A stretch of DNA of 64,000 bases from Dendrobates tinctorius (taxonomy: Eukaryota). The notes beneath the pieces are model-generated. The model ran no database searches. It was not told where the DNA came from and saw only the letters and a list, made by a program, of their open reading frames with translations. Where the stretch lies: assembly GCF_039654945.1 (NCBI RefSeq), contig NW_027361788.1:42966001-43030000 (forward strand), read 5' to 3'. A program made the translations under genes and the position numbers. Shown here one piece after another: positions 39,819-50,200 of this stretch; the first letter of the stretch is position 1; each line of letters begins with the position of its first letter.

Positions 39819-40433
39819 TTACACGGGCAGGGCTTTGGAGACCCCTCTCCTCATCAGACTCCCGCACAGTCCGCTGATGTAGCGCCTCCCCGCGGCGCCG
39901 CCCGGTAACATGCCCAGCAGCAGCGCGGCGCCGGTGACGATCTGCGCGGCGGCCCCCAGTAATGTGAGTGGGGTGCTCCGGAAGCCTAGTGCGGCGTACA
40001 GCGTGCCCCCCAGAGCGGCCAGGTAGAAGAAGGCCCAAGCGTCGGGCTCCCGGAGCATGCGGCTGGGGCCCCGCAGGAGGCCGGCGGCACACAGGCCCAG
40101 AAGCGAGCCCATAGACCAGAGCATCGCGAACTTCCGAGCCCGGAGCAACAACAGGGGCACATAGAGTCCGGCCAGGCCGAAGCACAGAGCGGCCATGCCC
40201 GCGCACACACCGGCCGCCATCAGCCTCTGCGTCCCGGACATCCCGGGCAGGAAAGGATCCGGATCTACAGGACTCCATGACCACGAGAGGCCGCTGCTGG
40301 GAGGAGAGAACCAGGCCCGCCATCTCGGCTCTGAGCTCTGGCGCTCGGCGGGGGAGGAGGCCGCAGAACCGCCGCTGCTGCCGGCCTTATTCTGCGCTAC
40401 GTACTCCTGCAGCTGCCGCCCTAGGTCCGCCAT
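39819..40433 (-). CDS. sft2d3: Vesicle transport protein SFT2C (Got1/Sft2 family), single exon, 204 aa
   Basis: MADLGRQLQEYVAQNK N-terminus, LCFGLAGLYVPLLLLRARKFAMLWSMGS core, ALGFRSTPLTLLGAAAQ and C-terminal KALPV match remembered SFT2D3. Strong Kozak (ACCATGG); intronless. Confidence 0.95.
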   Translation of the reverse strand: MADLGRQLQEYVAQNKAGSSGGSAASSPAERQSSEPRWRAWFSPPSSGLSWSWSPVDPDPFLPGMSGTQRLMAAGVCAGMAALCFGLAGLYVPLLLLRARKFAMLWSMGSLLGLCAAGLLRGPSRMLREPDAWAFFYLAALGGTLYAALGFRSTPLTLLGAAAQIVTGAALLLGMLPGGAAGRRYISGLCGSLMRRGVSKALPV

Positions 40434-40711
40434 GGTGGTGACGGTGTCCGCCTCTGTCAGTGCGAATAAAGCTGGATGAACGTCTCCATGGCAACTTCCG
40501 CCTTCGTCACCTCGCTGGTCTATGACGAGTCCCGCTTGGCGGGATTTCCGCCTCTGTCAGTGGAAATAAAGCTTTTCATCCCGAACAGTGTCAGTTTAAT
40601 AAAGCTTGGGAGAATTTTTTTTTCTACTCTGACCGCTTCCTTACTGGCGAGCGGACATTTTTGCGGAGACTACGAGACACGAGCTCCGCCCAGAGAGCGC
40701 CGGGGAAGAAG
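40434..40711. promoter_or_regulatory. CpG-rich bidirectional promoter for sft2d3/ftsj1 and probable non-coding ftsj1 exon 1
   Basis: Divergent genes. RFX X-box-like GTCTCCATGGCAAC (40,482-40,495), adjacent ETS-like ACTTCCG, E2F-like TTGGCGGGA (40,536), and a strong donor AAG|GTGAGT at 40,711/40,712 that can pair with the acceptor CCTAG ending at 41,877. Confidence 0.7.
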
Positions 40712-40900
40712 GTGAGTGCGCGGTACCGCACGGGATGAACCGGAGCCAAGGCCGTCAGTGTGCACAGGGCAGGGCCGTGGTGCTGCGTCTCCTCTAGATA
40801 GGAGCAGCAGCGATGTAGAGGAAGTGCCCCCTCGGCTTTATTAGGAGGTTGCAGAATGTGTCATGAACCTTTTGTTATAAACCTGGAGACCCCTCCTTTA

Positions 40901-41737
40901 GGCTGTGTGCACATGTTGCGTTTTTTTTTCCGCTGTGAAAACGCATCCCATGCAATCCTATGGGATTCTGCACTGCTGTGCCCATGCTGTGGATATTACC
41001 ACTGTGGAATCACAGCAGAAAAATCTGCAGCATGCTCATTCTTTGTGCGGAATAGCGGCGATTCCGCCGCCATAGGATTGCATCGAAGCGCTCACTTTAC
41101 GCGTGTGGCTGTGCCCACCATGCATAAACGAGCGATAGTACCCAGGGTCTGGAGGAGAGCAGATTCTCCTCCAGGCCCTGGGTACCATATCCCTGTAAAG
41201 AATAAAAATAAAAAATCAGGATATACTCACCCGCTGGCAGCCCCCGGAGTTCTCCTGCCTCTCACCGCGCTCCCGGCATCTTCCGGTCCCAGTAATGCTT
41301 TGCGTGCATGACCTCTCATGACGTCGCTCTCTCGCGAGCGTGACGTCATCTCAGGTCCTTCGCGCAAAGCATTACTGGGACCGGAAGATGTCGGGAGCGC
41401 CGCAGAGCAGATCGGGGGCCGTCGGAAGGTGAGAATAACAATATTTTTAAATTATTTTTTACATTCTATCTTTTACTATTGATGCTGCATAGGCAGCCTT
41501 AATAGTAAAAACCTGGTCACACTTGTCAAGTGCTATGCTTAACAAGTGTGACCAACCTGTCAATCACTTTTCCAAGCGATGCTACAGATCGCTTAGAAAG
41601 CGCTAGCATTCTGCAAGCTAATTACACTTGCAAAACGCTTGTGTTTAATGGGAAAACGCATGCGAAGTTCGCATGCGGTTTACCTGCACGGGAGTGGCGG
41701 AAATTTCCGCAACATTTCCGAATGTGTGCACATAGCC
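40901..41737. mobile_element. Harbinger-type MITE (GGCTRTGTGCACA family) in ftsj1 intron 1
   Basis: TTA|GGCTGTGTGCACA...TGTGCACATAGCC|TAA with an internal palindrome. Confidence 0.88.
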
Positions 41738-41887
41738 TAATATGTCTGGTGCCGTCACTAGGAGGAGTTGGATCATTAGTAGCCCCCCCAAGTCCTGCGA
41801 GCTGCCCTTCCCCTCAAACACATATAGGCAGGGGTCGGCATTGGATGCAGGCATTTACGGCGGGTTTTCTCTCCTAGAAGAAACATC

Positions 41888-44800
41888 ATGGGGCGCTCCT
41901 CAAAGGACAAGAGGGACATTTATTACCGGCTGGCCAAGGAGGAAGGCTGGAGAGCGCGCAGTGCCTTCAAGCTGCTGCAGCTGGACCAGGAGTATCGGCT
42001 CTTCCAAGGTATCCAGTGGCCTCCCTGCTTTGCATCTCCTTTCCACCTCATATCTCCCTCCCCCCCTCCTCACATCTCCGTCCTTTCCCCCCCTCCTCAC
42101 ATCTCCCTCCTTCCCCCCCCTCCTCACATCTCCCTCCTTCCCCCCCCCCTCACATCTCCCTCCTTCCCCCCCCCTCCTCACATCTCCCTCCTTCCCCCCC
42201 TCCTCACATCTCCCTCCTTCCCCCCCCTCACATCTCCCTCCTTCCCCCCTCCTCCTCACATCTCCCTCCTCCCCCCCTCCTCCTCACATCTCCCTCCTCC
42301 CCCCCCCCGTCCTCACATCTCCCTCCTTCCCCCCCCTCCTCACATCTCCCTCCTTCCCCCCCCCTCACATCTCCCTCCTTCCCCCCTCCTCCTCACATCT
42401 CCCTCCTCCCCCCCTCCTCCTCACATCTCCCTCCTTCCCCCCCCCGTCCTCACATCTCCCTCCTCCCCCCCCCCCGTCCTCACATCTCCCTCCTCCCCCC
42501 CCCCCGTCCTCACATCTCCCTCCTCCCCCCCCCCGTCCTCACATCTCCCTCCTCCCCCCCCCCCCGTCCTCACATCTCCCTCCTCCCCCCCCCCCCCCCG
42601 TCCTCACATCTCCCTCCTCCCCCCCCCCGTCCTCACATCTCCCTCCTCCCCCCCCCGTCCTCACATCTCCCTCCTCCCCCCCCCCCTCCTCACATCTCCC
42701 TCCTCCCCCCCCCTCCTCACATCTCCCTCCTTCCCCCCCCCTCCTCACATCTCCGTCCTTCCCCCTCTTTCCCTCCCCCCCCCTCACATCTCCCTCCCTG
42801 TCTGTGATGGCAGCACCTCATCCAGCTTCTGCACACACCCGATAAGATAGATCCTGTCTGTACGGGAGCTAAACATCTGGATATTGTCTTCTATGCTGTT
42901 GACCCTTGTTTAATTCTATGCCAGATCAGCAGGTGTTTTGGTCCTGAGTTACTGATAAATCACACAGATGCAAAGAGGAACTGCAGGTCACTGTTGCCGA
43001 CATCCGTGCTCCTTTTTTGATTTGTCAGCCTGGAGTGATGTCATCGTTGTGATGTATCTCACAAAAAGCAAGACTGGCTAATCAGAAGAGGAGCTGGGGA
43101 TGTCGGTAGATAGGAAGAGGTTCTCAGGGCTCCTGTTCAACAGCCATCAAAACTGACCTGGCCGCTGGACCTGGTCCTGCATGTTTTTTTTCAGTTGTCT
43201 CTACTCAAAAGTCCTCATAGTGCTGGAGTCAGACGCAGAGTACAGACTAAATAAAAAGTTATAGTCATTCTACTAAATCCGTACTCCGCTCTGTGCTCTC
43301 GGGCAGATGCTGTGCACTTCTAAGAATTCTTTTGAGCAATCTGTGAGGGTCTAAGGACTGATCTACAAAGTATTAACGGGCGTACAACTTATTAAAAATA
43401 GCCAGAAGTTTAGTGACTCCTTGACTGTGTGCAAGCATTGCGTTTTTGCTGCTTTTTTTTTTTTAGTGCAGATTTGTCACAAAACCTGTAGGGTTTCCTG
43501 ATTCCAGCAAAGTGAGTGAGAATCCTGAAGTCTCATGCACACAGTGATTATTTGTGACCTGCAGATTTGGTGCAGGTGTAAATCTTCTTGATGTCAGTTC
43601 TTTAAGCTTTTTGCTGCTGATTTCATCCATACTAATGAGCGTGGAAAAATCTGCACCAAAATGCACATTTTTGCTTCTGCGTGTCAAGAGGTGTAGAAAT
43701 GTCTGCACCAAATACTTAATGTGTGCACAGACCCTTTAACAGATAAAGCAGCAGCTCTTGTGTTCCTTCCCCAGGAGTACAGAGAGCGGTGGACCTGTGT
43801 GCGGCCCCCGGGAGTTGGAGCCAGGTTCTTAGCAGGAAGCTCAGGTGAATGGCGTTTTCTATGCCAAATCTGAAGCCCCATGAGGCGTGCAGAAGCTGCA
43901 GCAAGTAATCAGTGTCTTCCCTCCTGTCTCCTCAGGTCCAGCAATGAGACTACAGAAGTGAAGATTGTAGCAGTGGATCTTCAGGCAATGGCTCCTCTAC
44001 CCGGAGTTATCCAGATACAAGGAGATATTACCAAGGTGATTTGTGTTTGGAAGAAACCTTCACCGTCTTCTGCTGAATTTGTCAGTCTGGACTGGAATTG
44101 TAAATAAACTGGTTTCCTATTTTCAGGTCTCCACCGCTCATGAGATCATCCAACACTTTGAGGGTCAGCCTGCGGATCTCGTGGTGTGTGACGGGGCACC
44201 TGATGGTAATATCGGATATCTCTCCCATCGCCTCAGCTTTGCACCATATGTTGCTTGGGTTTGTTAGGATGTTGTTGTTTTATGCAATATCATTTTTTTT
44301 TTATGGCTTGTAGTTACTGGACTGCACGATATTGATGAGTACATTCAGGCTCAGCTTCTACTGGCGGTGAGTGTCCTTCCAGAAGCAAGACCTAGTACCT
44401 TGTGAGAGAATATGGGTACTTACTCACATTTCCACCCTGCTACAACAACCACATTAAATCTGTAATCGATGAAGGAAAAATATTAGCACTGCACCTATGG
44501 AGAACCATATAACAATAGAAACCGTGATAGAAGGATTCTGTGGCTGCATCTGTCCATTACAATTTCCACCAGAACTGTCACCCAACTTTTCCAGAATCCT
44601 GAGTGGCATGTCTGCCTGGTGTACAAAATAATGGGTGGTTTATGGCTTGTGTTCACAAGCTGTAGTAATGCTGTATTTGATTTCCTTGCAGGCTTTAAAC
44701 ATCACAACTCATGTGCTGAGAGCAGGGGGCACATTTGTGGCTAAGGTGAGTGACCTGTTTATTGCCATCTCTCTACCTTTCCTGGCCATATCTCCTGAAG

Positions 44801-46713
44801 ATGAGAACATTTTTTGTTTAAAATTCTCTATTTTTAGATTTTTCGTGGAAAAGATGTCACACTCCTGTATTCCCAGCTCAAGATCTTTTTCCGAGAAGTC
44901 ACATGTGCCAAGCCTCGGAGCAGCCGCAACTCCAGTATAGGTAAAGCACATGTACTGAAATCCTAGAATCTCTGAATGGGCTTCACGGAGATCACCCCCA
45001 AATGCAATAATTCCTCCTTCATAATATATCTGTACAGGGAAGCTCAGAGCTGACAATTGGAGATCATTCTCTATATCAGTGCTGTCATTGCATGTTGTGA
45101 GCCCATAGTTTCACAGCAGCTGTAGGATGCTGATTCCTGCTTTGTATCTGGTACAGTCCAGACTGCAACATTAAAGGTGTTGTTCACTACTAGGACAAGC
45201 CTTCCTCAATCTCAATGTTTGCCCCGTGAAAATAATATTACTTATACTCACCGCCCATGCCGGCGCTGTTCTCGTGGTGTCGGCACTCTCGCGCCCAGGG
45301 CACTGCGGTTGTGATGACACATGAGCCCTGCATCCAATCAGCGCTGGAGTCACTGTCCCCAGCTTCTGGGGTATGAGTAATAAGAGGGAGTGAGCGGCCA
45401 GCCGCAGACCGGACCTCCTCTTGATTACTAATACGCCCAAAGGAGGGGACAGTGACGCCAGCGCTGATTGGGTGCAGGGCTCACGTGTAATAACAACGGC
45501 ACATGAGCACCAGGACCGCAAGTGTCAACACTGCAGAAATGGTTTCGGTGCAGGAGGTGAGTATTTGTTTTTATTTTCACAGGGGCAAACATTCAGATTG
45601 AGAAGGTGTTGTCCTAGTAGTGAACAATCCTTTTAAATATAGATGATCCCATTATACAGAAGAGGCAATCTGGAGTTAATATTGGTTGGTCTCGTGCCAG
45701 GCCTTTTCTCTCTTACACACCTATATCCTAAGAGATGTATGAAGCAGACAGTATTCTTATTTCACTGCATGTTAGTAATTCATTTTTCTCCTGTACAGAG
45801 GCATTTGTTATATGCCAGGGATACAGCCCGCCAGAGGGATATATACCCAACATGTCAAATCCACTACTGGACCACTGCTATAGTGAGTGCCAAATACACA
45901 GATATCTGGATTTTGTGACCTTGATATAGGAACGTGAGATTGAATATTTAATATTTTTTACCTTTTTTTAGATGTGGACTTTAACCAGCTTGAGGGTCCA
46001 AACCGTGTAATAGTTCCATTCCTGGCCTGTGGAGACTTGAGTGCTTACGACTCCGACAAGACGTACCCTCTACAGGTAATGTGACTCAACCCCAGGAGGT
46101 CTTGCTGTACATGGAGGCATCAGGGTAAGGTGACTCAACCCCATGAGGCCTTGCTATGCGTGGAGGCATCAGGGTAAGGTGACTCAACCCCATGAGGCCT
46201 TGCTATGCGTGGAGGCATCAGGGTAAGGTGACTCAACCCAAGTATGCCTTACTATGTGTGGAGGCATCAGGGTATGGTCACTCAACCCCAGTAGGCCTTG
46301 CTGTGCATGGAGGCAGCAGGGTAAGGTCACTCAACACCAGGAGGCCTTACTGTGCATGGAGGCATCAGGGTAAGGTCACTAAACCCCAGGAGGCTTTGCT
46401 GTGCATGGAGCCATCAGGGTACGGTAACTCAACTCCAGGAGGCATTGCTTTACATGGACTCAATAGTACTAAATGCTTCTGGTCTTTTCCCCTACAGCTG
46501 GAAAATGGTAAAGAATACTGCTATGTGCCCCCAAATCAGCCCCCTATTCGTCCGCCATATCAGGAGGCCTGCTTTTTAAAGAAGAACAATCTCCTAGCAA
46601 AAGAAAGGCCAGTTTCACCCATGAACACCCCTTTAACCACGACAAACGGTGAAGATGAAGCGTCAAGTGTTTGTGAGGGGGCCGCTATCCAGAAACTATC
46701 CATTTCCTCTTGA
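41888..46713 (+). CDS. ftsj1: tRNA (cytidine32/guanosine34-2'-O)-methyltransferase (Trm7 homologue), 327 aa
   Basis: Ten GT-AG exons: 41,888-42,008, 43,775-43,844, 43,936-44,035, 44,127-44,205, 44,314-44,366, 44,692-44,745, 44,838-44,940, 45,799-45,882, 45,972-46,075, 46,498-46,713 (984 nt, frame intact). Motifs: [75 protein letters not shown]. Confidence 0.97.
42040..42800. repeat. C-rich polypyrimidine minisatellite (CCTCACATCTCCCTCCTYC(n)) in ftsj1 intron
   Basis: ~27-33-bp units with variable-length C runs, starting ~30 nt after the donor at 42,009. Confidence 0.95.
43423..43734. mobile_element. Decayed Harbinger-type MITE
   Basis: GACTGTGTGCAAGCATT...AATGTGTGCACAGACCC ends; internal inverted GCAGATTTG/AAATCTGC blocks. 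Confidence 0.5.
45175..45632. mobile_element. Kolobok/T2-type MITE in ftsj1 intron
   Basis: TTAA|AGGTGTTGTTCACTACTAGGACAA...TTGTCCTAGTAGTGAACAATCCTT|TTAA; the whole element is an imperfect palindrome. Confidence 0.88.
46076..46460. repeat. 49-bp minisatellite filling the last ftsj1 intron
   Basis: Unit GACTCAACCCCATGAGGCCTTGCTATGCGTGGAGGCATCAGGGTAAGGT, ~8 copies. Confidence 0.92.
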
Positions 46714-47000
46714 TTATTTAGCAGCTGCTGCCTGCGGCTCGTCCACTTCTGCGTCAGCAGGCGAATGGCTCTGATGACGTCTGGTCCACAGGTGCCTGGA
46801 GGACATGTACATGGCTGCTAGGTATCTGTACACGACTTGATTTAATGTACAGGACTGGTGCACACGTCCTGGCAGGCACCTGTCGACAGTTACCAGCGCC
46901 GCTCTGCTACTGATGAGCGTGGCGGAGCAACCCTTTAATATTTAAAAATATTATGTGTTTTAAGTTGATGATTTGTTCAATTTTTTTTTTATGAAAAACT

Positions 47001-47033
47001 TTTATTTATTACAATTTTATTGCAACAAATAAA
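47001..47033. terminator. Back-to-back polyadenylation signals for ftsj1 (+) and the slc51a-like gene (-)
   Basis: + strand AATAAA at 47,028-47,033; TTTATT (minus-strand AATAAA) at 47,001, 47,005 and 47,016. Confidence 0.6.
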
Positions 47034-47208
47034 CAAGGTTTTATCCACCGGCATGTCAGCATGGAGTGTGGGTATAAAGGGCGGACAGGGGAGTGAAATA
47101 TGTGAACGCCAGATATCTTCTCCGGGATATTTCACAAACCTATTTAAAGCTTTGGCCACCAACCAACTTGTCTCTTGTGGGTGCCATCTTTTTCCATGGG
47201 ATTAGCTT

Positions 47209-50200
47209 TCAGACTACTGTTGCATCATTGATGCCAATATAGTTTATCTGAGCTTGTACTTGTAGTCCCCCCTTGGCTGATGCTTGTGGTTTTGCTGCTT
47301 CATAGGCATCTGTAGGAGTCGTGTTCATGTTTCCCATTTCTATGTCTCGGGACTGAGGTTTGGCCATACTTTGTCTGGGTAGGGTCACGTTGTTCTGCAG
47401 GAAGTCATATTTGTCAAGTGGCGCATGCTCGATGTGGCAGAGCGTCTCATCTCCCTCACTCATGTAACCAGCGTTGTTGCCCCTCAGATCCTCCTCTGAG
47501 AGTCTGTACAGGTCCATCAGCATGGTCTGAGAGGATTTATTATGCATCTCCTGCCGGCTGATAGAGTCATTGTCCGAGCACGGCTCCACCCTCCGAAAAC
47601 AGTAACGGGCAAAGAGACTGATGAAAAACATCTCCATTGTTATGGAATAATTGTAGATGGCTGCGGAGCGGAAAAAATGGGAAAACTTACTACGGTGCAG
47701 AAGTCTGATGCAAATTGGACCCCTGAGCATAGAAACAGATATCGACGTGGATGAAATACAAGCTTTACTGGACCTTTTCCACAAATGTCTACATCACCTC
47801 CTCCGATCCTTCCGCTCCATAACGCGCTGTCTGCACTTTCAACTGAATTTTCAACAGTCCCTTAAATAAGATTTTCCACTTACAGGTAGGCATTTTTCCA
47901 ACTGGATAGTTCTCTCACGACCACTTAATCTGGAGAGATTTTATCTAACACCAGAAGGATGATGGATAAACGGTGCCAATAAAACATCCTTTCAAGGGGA
48001 TCTGCCATCAGGCCTCACACTACAAGCTGTAGATCTGATGAGGCTGTTGTACTTACTTTGATACGCCATGCCAGAATTGCTGTATAACACTTTATGAAAG
48101 TTAAAACTCATATCTAACTCCCACCTAATTTAACTAACGGCTCCTCCTTGTCCCTTCTCCCTGTTGTAGCTGAGATCGCCCACTGCTCAGTACAAGCTGC
48201 ATGAATACACTATGACTACCCTCTCACTCTGCACTCATTTTAATACTGGAATTATATCACTATTTGGATACAGATTTTCACAGTAAGCACACTAGCCTCA
48301 TCAGGTCTACGATATCTAATAATGTATGTATTGTGAAATCTGATTTCAGATCTTGCTCAGTGTAACTCATGGCCACATCATGGCGCTGTGTAGATATTAA
48401 ATCTCTGATGACGGCATAATGCCCAACAATAACATCTACCCGTCTATATAGCCAAAATATCATGTGACGTCACTTACTCTGAGAGCGCGTCTCCACCGTG
48501 AAGGGCGGGACACAAGGAATGGCTCCCAGGGCTGACATGGTCTCTAGGATCCCGTTCTGCAGCCCACACAAGACCAGCACCAGGGTGATGCAGATGAACT
48601 TGGATCTTGGACTGTACCCCTCCAAGGCTTTCTTTGTGGCTTTGTAGAACAGCAGGTAGCCGTAGAAAGAGAGGAAAGTAGACAGGCTGATGATGATGTT
48701 GATGTAGGAGTTGGGGTTGGTGTAGTCCACCTGGAAGCCATAAAATAGACCTAAAGAAATGCTTTTTGCCATCTAGAATTGCAGCCGTCGCATACAGATC
48801 TAGGGCTTGTCATCCATATTGAATCAGTAAGTGTAAAATAGATTTTGTATAAAAAGTATATGTAAAACCCTTTTCTCCGAGCACAGGAATGGAGGGACGG
48901 AGCGTAAGACTGGTTTGGTGTGTGTCATGCCCTTCAGTTTAACTGGGTAGTTAGGCTGTGTGCACACGCTGCGGATTTTGCTGCGGTTCCGCAGCGGTTT
49001 TGGCCGCTGCGGACCCGCAGCAGTTTTTGCTGCGATGTACAGTAGCATGATTCCCTATGGGAATCAAAAACCGCAATGCAGACGGTGCGGAATTTTCCGC
49101 GCGGATTATCTGCGGTTTTCAATCCGCAGAAAGAATTGACATGTCAATTCTTTCTGCGGATTCTGCTGCGGTTTGCCATCTCCTCCATTGAGGAGATGAA
49201 AAACCGCAGGGCAAAACCGCAGAGCAATCCGCAGGTCTTTTGACCTGCAGTTTCACCTGCGGATTTTACAAAATCCGCGCGGATGAATCCGCACCTAATC
49301 CGCAGCGTGTGCACACAGCCGCAGCGTGCACTCTAGTCAAATACAGACAAGGTGCAGGTGCAACAGACCTGTAGGTCCGAAATACAAGTTAATTAAATTC
49401 ACCGCACACTCAAACAGACTTTATGAAAATAGGTGTTCATTATATTACATGTGGCCATTACATGACAGGCGCGGGAGCGCTTCCTTCTCTCAGCACACAT
49501 CAGCCATTTATCTTGGTATTTCTTCTTGAGAGATTCTCCTCTCCTTCTGCACCCTTTACAAACCTCCAATATTGGAATAAGCGATAATATGATAAAGGCT
49601 CGGGCTGAGCGGAAACGTCTTTTATTTATATCGCTTCCACTGTGTGCTATATTCCTGTTTGGCTCCCACATGTAATAAAATGAACACCTATTTGCATAAA
49701 GTCTGTTTGAGTGTGCGGTGAATTTAATTAACATGCCCTTCAGTTAGTCATGTGGAAACTAGAGGCACTATGTTAGTGATAATAGAGCAAAGCCGTCCAT
49801 GTTTATTCATACTCACATCCCCGTAGTCATACTTCTCATCAGTCCAGAGAATGAGGCCCATGAAGAACAGAAGGGTCCGCACCACTGACAGCTGGTACAC
49901 GGCAATATTCATCCACCGCAAGTTACTCCTGAGACAGGGAGCAAGACATGCTGGACTGTTCTGTACAAGTATCACGGGAAGTATCAACATCTACATCCTG
50001 CTCGGGGTTAGGCCCAATTCACACATCCTTATTTTCTAAGGAGCAGCACACAGATGGCAGCTATGTGCTGTCCATTATATCATGGACCCATTCATGGTTG
50101 GCGAATCAGCGCTAACTCGGACGTGTTTCCCTTTTTTTGCAGACCGGTGGTCCAGGTGTGTGAAAAGACCGTCTTATATCATTTTTTTTAAAATAAGTTT

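Noticed and set aside
41742-42850. Proline-rich extensin-like ORFs (367, 320 and 263 aa)
   Set aside because: Translations of the intronic C-rich repeat. Only 41,888-42,008 is real ftsj1 coding sequence, ending at a GT donor.
46765-46920. C/D-box snoRNA or hammerhead suggested by two CTGATGA motifs
   Set aside because: No RTGATGA box C with terminal stem, exonic location, and no correctly placed GAAA partner.
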